A program made the translations under genes and the position numbers. This document shows positions 36,997 through 47,684 of a stretch of 64,000 nt of DNA, piece after piece. The DNA comes from a virus. Taxonomy: Duplodnaviria > Caudoviricetes. The stretch spans positions 588 through 64,587 of the IMG/VR virus record IMGVR_UViG_3300034407_003411; one strand, written 5' to 3'. The notes under the pieces are model-generated. The model was not told where the DNA came from. It saw nothing but the letters and a program-made list of their open reading frames with translations, and ran no database searches. The stretch's first letter is position 1. Each line of letters begins with the position of its first letter.

Positions 36997-38245
36997 TTCC
37001 TTGTTTGGTTTTTATGTTAAATTTGTATTTCTTAAATACCTTTTTTATGTCATCTAAAACGTGCGTTTCTTCTTTATCCCAATCAAATAAAAACGAATCA
37101 TATGTATATAACACTAGTTTTGTTTTTTTACCTCTTAATACTCGTAATATATCCCACAGTATACGAACGTTCATTGACGTTTCCAAGTTTTGTAACAAAT
37201 AATTAAATAACTTTTGCGGATTCATATTCTCTAGCCTATCTTTTTCATACACATATCCAGAAATTGGACATTTTATTTTACCCTCGCTTTGAAACTTACT
37301 CCAAAGCTCTTTTACGTATATATCAATTTTACTAAAAAATTCCAGATGTTTATACTGTTTGAATACTCCTCCGTATAGTTGCTTGAACGTTAACTCTTTT
37401 GATTCTTTATAGCTTACTCCGTAAAGTTGTTGTAAATGAGAGTGAATATCCACAGTGGGAAAACTATAATCGACGAGATGACAAGACAAGCTAGGATGGT
37501 AAGCGCTAATGTCAATTTCGTAAAGACAATCATTAGATGGTATAAAAGATTTTCTACATCCGTTTTCTTTATTAAGTGCTGCATAGTTTACTCCTTTGAA
37601 TTTATTACTTGGTCTAGTTGTTGTTGTTTTTAAGTTGAACTGAGTGTAGACTCTTCCATTATCAACGGAATGGAAATGTCCTTCGAATGTCGGTATGTGT
37701 ATTTGTATTCCACTTCTCTCGATAGCGTTGAATACCACGGATACTCTATGGTTAAAGAACTCATCATAATCGGTTTTGTTTTTATTTATATTAATTTTTA
37801 AATCATTGTAAATTTGCTCACACATCTCATAGTGTTTAACAACTGGAATAAAAGTGTTTATGTCTTTTTCATCCTTATGTTGATAATACATTACCTCATG
37901 TGCTTTGGTTAATGGTCGTATATACGTAGTAGGGGGCACATTTATGTCATAAAGAGCTTTGCTTGGAAAATAATGTAACATCTCCTTTTTATCGCGACAA
38001 TACAATATATCAAACTTATTTATTAATTCGTCTACACGCGTATTTAACGCATTCAATGTTTCACTATGTGAAACGCATAACATATAGCCTTTACTTGCAT
38101 TAATCGGTCTAATATACACTAAACTTACGAGATTTTCTACAGGGTGAACATTGTAACTATAAGGAATAACCTCAATGAATGCTTGTTTGTAACCACTATT
38201 TAATAAAACCTCTAATTGCTTATCTTCTTCTACTAGCCAATACAT
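36977..38245 (-). CDS. compact family A DNA polymerase-like protein
   Basis: TTRPSN..VNYAAL..RKSF, motif A EIDISAYHP, motif B KELTFKQLYG, NYLLQ, motif C-like YTYDSFLFD. Confidence 0.8.
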   Translation of the reverse strand: MYWLVEEDKQLEVLLNSGYKQAFIEVIPYSYNVHPVENLVSLVYIRPINASKGYMLCVSHSETLNALNTRVDELINKFDILYCRDKKEMLHYFPSKALYDINVPPTTYIRPLTKAHEVMYYQHKDEKDINTFIPVVKHYEMCEQIYNDLKININKNKTDYDEFFNHRVSVVFNAIERSGIQIHIPTFEGHFHSVDNGRVYTQFNLKTTTTRPSNKFKGVNYAALNKENGCRKSFIPSNDCLYEIDISAYHPSLSCHLVDYSFPTVDIHSHLQQLYGVSYKESKELTFKQLYGGVFKQYKHLEFFSKIDIYVKELWSKFQSEGKIKCPISGYVYEKDRLENMNPQKLFNYLLQNLETSMNVRILWDILRVLRGKKTKLVLYTYDSFLFDWDKEETHVLDDIKKVFKKYKFNIKTKQGNDYDFR

Positions 38246-38266
38246 TTATAACCTATTTAGACCGTA

Positions 38267-38296
38267 AATATACGACCTAAATTAGTAACCTCCACC
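38267..38296 (-). promoter_or_regulatory. Bacteroidota-type promoter at the structural/replication boundary
   Basis: GGTG-N20-TATATTTA. Confidence 0.65.
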
Positions 38297-39136
38297 CCTT
38301 CTTGGAGAAATATTTGGTCTTCTTGAAGAGCCTACGTTTTCATCTTCTAATAAATCTAAATAGTCGTGGAATTTATCTATATGATTTTTTCCTACCATTG
38401 GCCCTTTTGTTGGATGTACATGATAAAAGCCTCTATATACTTTTCTTGTTCTTCTATTTATAAATTCATCCCCCTCAGTAAATAATCCTTCACCTTCATC
38501 AAATTTATAATATTTAGCAAATTGTGTTTTGAATGAAGCATAAAAACCATATAGTCGATTTTCTTTTTCTATCAAGCTAACCATATTTCTATTTACTTTA
38601 TATACATCAACAAATTTCCCTGTTAATTCCCAATTAATTCTAATAGGAGTATATAACTGCCATTGAACATTAGATTCTTTATTTGAATAATTATTAAATG
38701 TTTGACTGTTTACTTCTATATATTTTAATTCATTATTCTTCTTTAAAAAGAACCTTTGAAATTCACCAACTTCATATTGTTTTTCTGTAGGGAAAGTTAT
38801 ACTTGGGGTTGGTGCAAGGGGTGCATCATAAACAAAATCATTTCCTTTTGCTATTTGATATGAAAAATTGAATTCATTATAAGACTCAGGGTACACTGAT
38901 GCAGATGGGTTTGATTTAACCTGTTGTGTTGATTTATATTGTCCTTCTTGGGGATTTTCACCAAATGTACTATTAATTGTTAAAAGTTGTGATGATGGAT
39001 CACTTGGTGTTTTACCACTATAGTAATTACCTGCAGATGTTTTAAAGTAATCTCCTTGGTAGGGTTGTCCATCTAATGAAAATTCCTCTCCATTAGTGTA
39101 TAAATTAGTTACTATTTGTGATTTAGGTAAATACAT
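38282..39136 (-). CDS. hypothetical protein, probably virion/baseplate-associated
   Basis: last gene of the tail module; similar N- and C-terminal motifs. Confidence 0.6.
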   Translation of the reverse strand: MYLPKSQIVTNLYTNGEEFSLDGQPYQGDYFKTSAGNYYSGKTPSDPSSQLLTINSTFGENPQEGQYKSTQQVKSNPSASVYPESYNEFNFSYQIAKGNDFVYDAPLAPTPSITFPTEKQYEVGEFQRFFLKKNNELKYIEVNSQTFNNYSNKESNVQWQLYTPIRINWELTGKFVDVYKVNRNMVSLIEKENRLYGFYASFKTQFAKYYKFDEGEGLFTEGDEFINRRTRKVYRGFYHVHPTKGPMVGKNHIDKFHDYLDLLEDENVGSSRRPNISPRRGGGY

Positions 39137-39142
39137 ATTATC

Positions 39143-42100
39143 TTATATTGATACTATTTTGTTATTATCCCTTGACCATTGTTCTGTTTGGTTTTTAAAT
39201 AGAATATCAAAATGGCCTCCTGTTGCTTTTGAGGTAGGGTTTGAATATTCATCTAAAGCTTTAAATGGGTATTTATTGTGAAAATTAATTGCTGAAAAAT
39301 CCATGTTATTAGGTAATTCAAAACCTTCCATAAACTTCCAACCATAATCTTCCCAGAGTAATTTATCAGGTTTTTTTCCTTCACCTAATAACTTTAAAAT
39401 ATCAAATATATATTCTATATCTCTATTTGAAACTGATCCCTCTATTGGAATTACTGTAAAATCAATTTTCCAACCTTTAGTATGACCTGAATTTGGTGAA
39501 TTGGATTGATGGAATGAATCATTAGCTGCTGTTAATTTAAATTTAAAGTTATTACCACCAAATCCACCTTCAGTAACATCTTCTAATTCTTCAAATAATG
39601 CTATTGTTGCATATGCTGTTAATTCTGTTACATCACCACCATTTTTATGTTCATTACCTTTTATTTGGAAATCCGCTATACCATTTGCTTTGCGTTTCAT
39701 ATAGTTTGCATTTGGTGTTTTTGTTCCCTCAGGCAATTCAAATGCTGGTCCAGTTACACCAGCTATATCACCCATAAACCCATTTAAATCTAAAATTGCT
39801 GTATAACTACCTGTGGGTTCTATGTGTGGTACAGATAAGGTACCTAAACTCGTACTCCAGCTATTATCACTAATAGTATGGTCTAAAGATTTAACTATAA
39901 AATTTAATGATTTAGGATAGGCTGGTGGTAAATATTGTTGGTCAACATTTATACCATTATATATTTTTATCCCAGATATACCATCACACGTTAATGACAT
40001 ATCTATAGGTATAAACCCTATAGTGTTTGAGGGTTGTCCTGTATTTTGGAATATTTGTTGGTGGAAGTTATTAATAAAACTATCCCAACTAGCTTTGCCT
40101 TGGTTAATATTAGATTCAATCATTGAAGGATATTTTTGAGCATATTGAGAACCCCATATATCTATCCCATTTTGATAATATCTACCTCCCCATTGTAATA
40201 CTAACCAATAAAGATAATTACCTTGTGCTCTTTCTTTTGCTTCTTCTCTAGTTTCATAATTATCAGCACCTTTAGCTCTTTGTTCTACTTTAAAATCATT
40301 AACTTTTTCTAAATATTCTTGCCAAAAAACAGAATATTCTAATGATTTATTTATAATTGGACTATTTATTACTCTTCTTCTACCTGTAGCTGTAAGCCCT
40401 GCTGCTGTAGAAGGAATTTCATTGTTCTCAACTTGAGTTGATGTTACTTTTCCTATCATTATTAAAGATGAATCTTCTGCTCTATCTTCAGCACCCTCAT
40501 CATCTCTATTTTGTGATGTATCAGTATTATTAAAGGCATTAAATAAAACTTTAACTTCATCTTTTGATATTAATTTGTATTCTTGAGTTTCTTTTAGTGT
40601 TTCAGTTGATGCTAGAGTAAAAGTAGGGTCTATGTATTCTTGTGAATATCTATCTTTTAAACCATCATTCCATTTTGAAAAAGCCGTTGCATCATAATTT
40701 TTTATATTGCTATTACCTGCCGCTGCTCCAATACTAATCATAGAAGCTAAATCTGGTGTGATTTGAGTTTCAAATCCAAAATCAGTAACAAAATTTCCAG
40801 AAGGGCCAGATGGATTAAAACCATACAAATTAAAATCTACTGGGCTGTCTTTAGTTACTATTAAATCTTTAAATTTATCTAAAAATTGGAGTCCTGGGAT
40901 TGGGTTTTGTTCTGTTATAGTAATATAAACACTATCTTTTAAGGTTACAGTTAAATTATTTTGTCCTCCTAATGCTACATTTACACCATCAAAAATTCCT
41001 TCTAAAAATTTAAATAGGTTTAAGTTACCTTTTTTATCTGAACTTTTTTTAAGATTTGAGGCAATAAATTCATAGTTTAAATATATATTTAAAAGGCTAC
41101 CATACATAACAGTAGCACCACCATTAACTTCTTCTTTATTGATAAATTGTTTAAGATTATCAGTTAAATATTTTGGACGAAAAACGGTGTTTTTACCTTG
41201 TTGCATTCCCCTATACCCTTCATCAGTAAATATATTATCATAATCTACATCAGGGTTAATTAAACATACCCTAGGATCTAAAGAACATTGTAAGGGATAT
41301 GCTGCACATATCATCATATCTTCATTAAGATCAATTTTTAATATATTATCTAAAGCTTCACCTCTCATCTTTAAACCAGGAACTATAATAGCTTCAACAT
41401 ATTCTAAAAATTTTCCTACAGTCATGTAGTACTGATATTTTGTATTATTAGCATAAACCCAACCATTATCTTTATTGATGGTAACTTGTGCCCTTCCATA
41501 ATTTATAGCTAAGTTATAATAATCTGAATTAGTTCCTGGCAGCCACAAATTTTTATTTAAAAAATCAGTATACAATCTTTGCCCAAATATTGAACTTCCA
41601 GCTTGGGAAATGATAGATGAGTCTGAGTTTTCAACTAAATCTTCTAAATTTATATTAAATGAATCTCTACCTTGATTTTCTTCTGCGTCAGAAAACCAAC
41701 CACCCTCAATAATATCATCATCTCCATATGCATTCTCAATATCTTTTTTAATATCAGAAGTTGTTAGTTGTTGTGCTACAGTATTTACTTTTAAGGATTC
41801 TATAACATCTCCAACTGATATAAGTTTTAATGTTATATTATAAGTTCCATTAGGAGCAAAATCCCATGAAAAATTAGATACTTTTCCAAAAAATCCATCA
41901 TAATTACCACTATATTTTTCTCTAGTCCCTCGGATTTTTCTTATCATGTCTAATTGGGTTAAAGACGAAGATTCAAACCAATCTGTTTCTATTAAAGTAT
42001 TACCTACTGTTTTATATTCGTTAGAATTAGATTTATATTTGTCCCATCCCCATTCTAACATCATAGTAAAACCTAACCTTAAATAAAGTAATTCTATTAA

Positions 42101-42688
42101 TTCGAATTGAAACTTATTATATGCAATTATTTCAATTTCAGCACCTCTAAGTGAACCTCTATTTTTAGTATCAATTTTAGCTGATACTAAGCCCGGAGCT
42201 GGTACCATACCAAACTCATTTCCTCCTAACCCATAAGATGAATTATTCCATATGCTGGTACTTGTGTTTATTCCTGATCTAAATTTATAAGAATCTTCAT
42301 TTAGTTCTGATAAAGTATTAAATAGTATTGATTTTTTTGCTAATTGAACTCCTGTAAATTCACCTGTGTTACTTAGTCCTATATCTCTTAATCTTTGTTC
42401 CCCAGCAGATTTGTAAATTTGATTTTGACCTTCAATTGTTTGTGTACCAAATTGTTTGTTTTTTTCTACAGATGCTAAAGTTATATTAGAGGCATCATTA
42501 TTAGAATCTGCGTCACCTCCAATTTCTACACTAGATGCTAGTTTTAACCAAGCATTTCTATTGTTAATTATATTTAAATCTTGGTTAGATAAATTATTAG
42601 AATTAAGTCCTTTACCTAATAATTTTTGTCTTATTTGGATTTGATTTTTAACAAATCCCTCAAATTTTTCTCCTACTATGTTTGACAT
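39143..42688 (-). CDS. large baseplate hub/tail protein with C-terminal peptidase M15-like domain
   Basis: 1181 aa after baseplate genes; hub-like LTCDGISGIK...DHTISDNSWST; SGHTKGWKIDF...GGHFDI. Confidence 0.65.
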   Translation of the reverse strand: MSNIVGEKFEGFVKNQIQIRQKLLGKGLNSNNLSNQDLNIINNRNAWLKLASSVEIGGDADSNNDASNITLASVEKNKQFGTQTIEGQNQIYKSAGEQRLRDIGLSNTGEFTGVQLAKKSILFNTLSELNEDSYKFRSGINTSTSIWNNSSYGLGGNEFGMVPAPGLVSAKIDTKNRGSLRGAEIEIIAYNKFQFELIELLYLRLGFTMMLEWGWDKYKSNSNEYKTVGNTLIETDWFESSSLTQLDMIRKIRGTREKYSGNYDGFFGKVSNFSWDFAPNGTYNITLKLISVGDVIESLKVNTVAQQLTTSDIKKDIENAYGDDDIIEGGWFSDAEENQGRDSFNINLEDLVENSDSSIISQAGSSIFGQRLYTDFLNKNLWLPGTNSDYYNLAINYGRAQVTINKDNGWVYANNTKYQYYMTVGKFLEYVEAIIVPGLKMRGEALDNILKIDLNEDMMICAAYPLQCSLDPRVCLINPDVDYDNIFTDEGYRGMQQGKNTVFRPKYLTDNLKQFINKEEVNGGATVMYGSLLNIYLNYEFIASNLKKSSDKKGNLNLFKFLEGIFDGVNVALGGQNNLTVTLKDSVYITITEQNPIPGLQFLDKFKDLIVTKDSPVDFNLYGFNPSGPSGNFVTDFGFETQITPDLASMISIGAAAGNSNIKNYDATAFSKWNDGLKDRYSQEYIDPTFTLASTETLKETQEYKLISKDEVKVLFNAFNNTDTSQNRDDEGAEDRAEDSSLIMIGKVTSTQVENNEIPSTAAGLTATGRRRVINSPIINKSLEYSVFWQEYLEKVNDFKVEQRAKGADNYETREEAKERAQGNYLYWLVLQWGGRYYQNGIDIWGSQYAQKYPSMIESNINQGKASWDSFINNFHQQIFQNTGQPSNTIGFIPIDMSLTCDGISGIKIYNGINVDQQYLPPAYPKSLNFIVKSLDHTISDNSWSTSLGTLSVPHIEPTGSYTAILDLNGFMGDIAGVTGPAFELPEGTKTPNANYMKRKANGIADFQIKGNEHKNGGDVTELTAYATIALFEELEDVTEGGFGGNNFKFKLTAANDSFHQSNSPNSGHTKGWKIDFTVIPIEGSVSNRDIEYIFDILKLLGEGKKPDKLLWEDYGWKFMEGFELPNNMDFSAINFHNKYPFKALDEYSNPTSKATGGHFDILFKNQTEQWSRDNNKIVSI

Positions 42689-42690
42689 AA

Positions 42691-43008
42691 CTACCCATTA
42701 TTTAATTTTTCAAATGCTAACTGAATTGCTCCTATGTTTTTAGGAATTCTAATTTGTACTCCTAAAGGTGGGAAGTATGAATTTTTAGATAATGAACTAT
42801 TAGCTGTTGAAATAACCCACCATAAAGAAGGATCACCATAATATTGTAAAGCTAATTGATCATATCTATCACCCTGTTCAGCATAAACATATATATCACT
42901 AAAATCAAGTGGGATTTCAGGGTATTTTGTTCCTTGATAATATCTAGGACCTGGAGACTGATTAGGTTTCCTGTTTTTTAATATATTAGTATCTGAATAT
43001 CTTCCCAT
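42691..43008 (-). CDS. baseplate wedge / LysM-like tail protein
   Basis: GDRYDQLALQYYGDPSLWWVISTAN...GVQIRIP. Confidence 0.8.
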   Translation of the reverse strand: MGRYSDTNILKNRKPNQSPGPRYYQGTKYPEIPLDFSDIYVYAEQGDRYDQLALQYYGDPSLWWVISTANSSLSKNSYFPPLGVQIRIPKNIGAIQLAFEKLNNG

Positions 43009-45074
43009 TATTTTTGGATATAATTTATATTATCACCTTGACCATCATAATTGTTACCAGTTGCTGCTGCTAAATTAATATAATGTTGTTTACCATATTT
43101 ATTTAATTTACCATTTTTAGCAAATTCATTTTGTTGTACTCTTGGTACAAAGTTATGAATTGGTATAAATTCAAACCCAGTTACATTTACAATCATAGGC
43201 ATTTCTTTAACACTTGGGTCTGTCTTAATTGCTGTATTTGGGCTAGTAGGGTTAATAACTGAAATGTTATTAGAATCAGGAATTGCTATTTCCCATGGTG
43301 ATTCATCTGGAACATCTAATGTTATACCCTTCATTATACCTACTTGTTCTTGAAACCAACCACCTATAGTTAAAGATATTAAATTACCTTGCATATAACC
43401 CTGAGATGAATAATCTGGGGCACATACTGATGCTAAATAATTTAGTTTTTGATGCATAGGGATTAATTCTTGTTTTGATTGCGCTGCAACTGTCCAAGAT
43501 AATGAAACTGTTCTGTCAAACCCACTATATCTGTAAAAGTTTTCACCTCTACCCATAAACTTTTGAGCATCCCAATCGGATGTGTATGAATCACTCATAC
43601 CATTAATTAATGCTCTAAAGTGAATATATGTTTTTTGTCCTGATCCATCGTTTGCAAATACACCAATTCTAAATTTTACTAAATCATTTTTATCGTTATC
43701 TGCTGTTACCGCACTTGATTTATATAGTGGAAAAGCGTTAATTTTATCTACTGCATTTTTATATGAACTATTACTTTTAGCACTACTACCAGCAATTTCT
43801 TGATTTAAACCTAACTTACCTATAGTAAAACTTTGTAAATTACCTCTTCTACCAGGATCACCTAAATTTACTCTTGATTCAATCCTATTTTTGCTTGGTG
43901 TATTGTTTCCATTGCTATCTGTAGATTGTAAATCTAAACCCTTAGGCATTTGTTTAGACCCATTAGGAGCAACTATTTGAAAATATGGAGTTGGTATTAA
44001 ATTTGTTTTAGATGTTGGTACAAATGCTTCCGTTTGTGCTTGAGTAAGTACTTGTATTGGAATTTCATTGTCTATTCCACTTCTTAATTTTGAAGTATCT
44101 GTTTTTAATTTAATTGTCTCGGGTGAATAAACACTATTTGGGAAAGTTTGAGTTCCAGGTGTTTTATAGAATTGCACACCAATATTTCTATTCCCATTAA
44201 TGTTTTTTAAGAATATTTCTAATAAAGCAGCTTTTCCAAAAATGCCTACATCTGCATTACTACTAACATTTTTAAGAAATTGAGAAGTAAAATATTGTTT
44301 TTTCTTATAATTTCCTTTTTCTTCTGCTAACCAAAAATTCTTTTTAGAATTATTTTTACCTGTTCTGTATTCACTTATCATATTAATGTTGGTTTTACCA
44401 ACACCTAATGTAGCACCAGGCCCACCACTGTAAGAATATAAATTAGGTTGTGCTTGTGTATCCTTATCTATTTTAGAAGCTGCAAGAGGTAATAATCTAC
44501 TTTTTCTACCTAATGTATCTTCATTGGTAGGATCCGCGGCAATAGTATTTAAATAAGTAGGTAAACCTAAAGGTGTATTACCATCTGGAGATCCAATAGT
44601 TGTTTCTGTTAATGGATTAAGTCCTTGTTTATTTAAATGTATTCCTAAGGCATTACCTACTGCTTGTCCTATTGTAGATAATGGAGTATAAATACCTTGA
44701 TTTAATGCTATGTTATTTCTTAAAAAGTCACCTACAGCTGATCCATCTTCTGCTTTTTCAAATGGTTCATATCCAGCACCTGAATTAACATTAGATAAAG
44801 AAAGTATGTTTTGTTTAGCTGTAAATAATATTCCTCTTGTTGAACCAAATAATTTAAGTAATCGAGATCCATCACGAAGAATGTTTCTAGGTACAAGATA
44901 CCCTCCACGTAATAAAAAATCCGGCCCCCCAGTTGTAGAAAGATTTTCTACATCTCCAGGTGGAAAAATTTGTGGTGGTCTCTCTTTCCATCCTCCTCCT
45001 GGTGTATCACCAGGTACGCTAGAATAGTTTGTAGAGTTATACCTGCTTAAATCGTATAGATCTCTTAACGGCAT
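43008..45074 (-). CDS. baseplate / tail tube initiator-like structural protein
   Basis: C-terminal SDSYTSDW...GRGENFYRYSGFDR...LTIG domain; follows tape measure. Confidence 0.65.
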   Translation of the reverse strand: MPLRDLYDLSRYNSTNYSSVPGDTPGGGWKERPPQIFPPGDVENLSTTGGPDFLLRGGYLVPRNILRDGSRLLKLFGSTRGILFTAKQNILSLSNVNSGAGYEPFEKAEDGSAVGDFLRNNIALNQGIYTPLSTIGQAVGNALGIHLNKQGLNPLTETTIGSPDGNTPLGLPTYLNTIAADPTNEDTLGRKSRLLPLAASKIDKDTQAQPNLYSYSGGPGATLGVGKTNINMISEYRTGKNNSKKNFWLAEEKGNYKKKQYFTSQFLKNVSSNADVGIFGKAALLEIFLKNINGNRNIGVQFYKTPGTQTFPNSVYSPETIKLKTDTSKLRSGIDNEIPIQVLTQAQTEAFVPTSKTNLIPTPYFQIVAPNGSKQMPKGLDLQSTDSNGNNTPSKNRIESRVNLGDPGRRGNLQSFTIGKLGLNQEIAGSSAKSNSSYKNAVDKINAFPLYKSSAVTADNDKNDLVKFRIGVFANDGSGQKTYIHFRALINGMSDSYTSDWDAQKFMGRGENFYRYSGFDRTVSLSWTVAAQSKQELIPMHQKLNYLASVCAPDYSSQGYMQGNLISLTIGGWFQEQVGIMKGITLDVPDESPWEIAIPDSNNISVINPTSPNTAIKTDPSVKEMPMIVNVTGFEFIPIHNFVPRVQQNEFAKNGKLNKYGKQHYINLAAATGNNYDGQGDNINYIQK

Positions 45075-45076
45075 AA

Positions 45077-45304
45077 TTATTTAGGTAAATTATCTAAATA
45101 TTTTACCGGTGGTTGTTGTGGATCCATAGTTGATGGTTGAGGTAATACACCATTTCTAGGTCTTACAGCATCTGCATTTGGATCATTATTTACTGAATAA
45201 TCCCTGTGTAATGTAGATTGTTGAAAGTTAGGTATATTTGGTGTTTCACCATCTAAACCACTTAATTGAGATCCGTTTTTTGTTAATTTGTTTAATAGAC
45301 TCAT
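45077..45304 (-). CDS. small hypothetical structural-region protein
   Basis: ATG 45304 lies just downstream of a late motif at 45320-45327. Confidence 0.6.
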   Translation of the reverse strand: MSLLNKLTKNGSQLSGLDGETPNIPNFQQSTLHRDYSVNNDPNADAVRPRNGVLPQPSTMDPQQPPVKYLDNLPK

Positions 45305-45332
45305 GATTAATTGTTTTATTATAAATATTACA

Positions 45333-47657
45333 TTATTGAATTTCATATAGTCCCACAGGGGATAATGAAGGTTTCTTTTTGTTTTGTGTAACTAAGGTAC
45401 GTAATAACATATTAGTTTCTTTATTATCATTACCCATTTGTACTTTTCCTGCTCCTGCTGATACAACATCATCTCCTTTAGAAAATAAATCTGTACCTGC
45501 TACAATAGTATCTTTATTATTTAATGCTATTGCTCCTTCAGGACCTAACAATGTTCTTTTCCCATATCCATTAGTTCCATCTCCTGCGGATAGTAAATCA
45601 TCTGCTTTATTCATTTCAGAATTAAAGTATGCCATACCTCCTGCTATAGCTGCTAAAGCTATAGCTACACCAACACCCATAGTAAGTGTACCATTTAAGA
45701 ATAATGCAGCTATACCTGCTGCTGTTAATAAGGATACTACAATTCCCATAACTGAATTAAATGAGTTAGCCCAATTTAATAAAGCTGTAAGTGGGGATAA
45801 TATAAATGCTACAATATTAGCAATTCCTGTAAATATACCTAATATTGGTTCTAATGCTGCAAATACATCAACTAGTATATCTTTTAATTTATCTATCGTT
45901 GCATTAAATTCATCTGCAGCTGTTTGTTGTTCTAATTGGGCAGCTAAGTCATCTTTACCCATTGCTCTTAATTCCTTAGCTGTTTTTCCTTGAATATCTT
46001 GTTGGAATAAAATATCAGCTAATTGATCAGCTTGCATACCCATTGCTTCTGCTAGGGCTTCTTGTTGGATAACATTCATAGCAGAGAATTCTTCGAAATC
46101 TCCTGCTTGTTCTTTTAATTCTTTTCCTAAAGTAGCTAAATCACCATTTAGAGCTGCTTGTCTTGCTTTTTCTAAATTAATATCTCTATTTAGTAACAAT
46201 TCAGCTTGTAATTCATTAGCAATAGATTGTTCAAAATCTAACATTGCTGCACCTGCACCTGCTACATCATCTAAGCTTCCTCCTAATAATTTAGCTTGAG
46301 TAACAGCTTCTATCATTGCTTCAGTACTTGCTCCTAATTGAGCTCTCATAACACCTGTGATAGCTGCTGTTTCTTCTAATAGTTTTCTTAGATCAAATTG
46401 AACACCTTCTTGAACTTGCATTTCATGGCTAACAAGTAAAGCACTTTTATATTGATCATCTAAATCTCCACCAGTTGAGGCGGCTAACATAGCTAAACTA
46501 CCTGCTGCTTCAGCTTCTAATCCTATTTGTTCTGTTAATTTTGTTGAAATCGCTAATGTTTCAGCTGATAAACCTGCTATAAACCCAAACTGTTCTGTTA
46601 TAGCTTGGTATGTTGCTAACATTTTAGATGTAGTAACATTTATGTTTTGCGATTCCATCGCTGCATTAGAAAGTTCTGTTCTAAATAAAATAGCTTCTCT
46701 GTTAGTCATTAACAGAGTCTTTTGCATGTAGGTAGCTTGTTCATTTGCTTCCATTAATGCATCTGTGAAAAACTTAAATATTAAAGCTGTTTTAGCTAAC
46801 TGACCTATTCCATCTGTAAGGGCCTTAAATCCTTCCATTAGGGGACTTAAAACTTCTTCAGGTAATGCCCCTGTATTTAGATCATCCATAGAAAGACCTT
46901 CGCTAGCTACTGCCGTTTCTTCATCTACCCCTGAATCTATTAATTCTTGGGCTCTAGCTAATTTTTCATTATGTTCTTTGTTGTTAGCAAGTTTTTCTTT
47001 AATTTGTTGTTCATCCATGCCCTTAAACATCTGATTGTTTAATTTAGCTGTGTTTTGTGCGGCTGTGGCTGCTGCTTCAAAAGGGCCTGAAAGACCTGAT
47101 AACCCTGGGATAGACTTTACTATGTCTGATAGGACTGTAAAACCTTTTACACCCTTATTACTCATAATGGCATCTTGTTCTTTCCTAATATCTTTTACTT
47201 TTTCTAAAAATATAGTAGCTTGTTTAATACCATCTTGGTTTGCTTTAAACTCATCAGAGGTTTTATCTAGCGTCTCTGACGCTAATTTAAGTCTCATTAA
47301 ATCTTGTTTAATCCTTTTTTCAGTAAAATCAATATCTTTTGAACTTACTAAACTGATGTCATTGTATGTAGAAGCTAAATTACTAGCTAAAGTATTTAAA
47401 CTTCTAAGTGAAGATTTTGTGTTATTTAAAGCAATATCTGTTTTAGTTATATCTTGTAAATTACCAGCAAATATCCCTGCTAGAGTAGATAAGTCATTTC
47501 CTAGGTCACTTACTTGAACTTGTAAACCTTTTAAAAATGTCTGTGCATCTTTCATATCAGATGCCTTAAATATCTTAAAGTTACTGGTTTTGCCCAGCTC
47601 CCTTTGAAGATTTTTAATTTCTTCGTTTAATTTTTTAATTTCATCTGATGATGCCAT
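45333..47657 (-). CDS. tape measure protein
   Basis: 774 aa Ala/Gln-rich helical protein with late hydrophobic segments, downstream of tube and chaperone genes. Confidence 0.8.
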   Translation of the reverse strand: MASSDEIKKLNEEIKNLQRELGKTSNFKIFKASDMKDAQTFLKGLQVQVSDLGNDLSTLAGIFAGNLQDITKTDIALNNTKSSLRSLNTLASNLASTYNDISLVSSKDIDFTEKRIKQDLMRLKLASETLDKTSDEFKANQDGIKQATIFLEKVKDIRKEQDAIMSNKGVKGFTVLSDIVKSIPGLSGLSGPFEAAATAAQNTAKLNNQMFKGMDEQQIKEKLANNKEHNEKLARAQELIDSGVDEETAVASEGLSMDDLNTGALPEEVLSPLMEGFKALTDGIGQLAKTALIFKFFTDALMEANEQATYMQKTLLMTNREAILFRTELSNAAMESQNINVTTSKMLATYQAITEQFGFIAGLSAETLAISTKLTEQIGLEAEAAGSLAMLAASTGGDLDDQYKSALLVSHEMQVQEGVQFDLRKLLEETAAITGVMRAQLGASTEAMIEAVTQAKLLGGSLDDVAGAGAAMLDFEQSIANELQAELLLNRDINLEKARQAALNGDLATLGKELKEQAGDFEEFSAMNVIQQEALAEAMGMQADQLADILFQQDIQGKTAKELRAMGKDDLAAQLEQQTAADEFNATIDKLKDILVDVFAALEPILGIFTGIANIVAFILSPLTALLNWANSFNSVMGIVVSLLTAAGIAALFLNGTLTMGVGVAIALAAIAGGMAYFNSEMNKADDLLSAGDGTNGYGKRTLLGPEGAIALNNKDTIVAGTDLFSKGDDVVSAGAGKVQMGNDNKETNMLLRTLVTQNKKKPSLSPVGLYEIQ

Positions 47658-47684
47658 CTAAAGTAATGTTTATTATAAATATTA

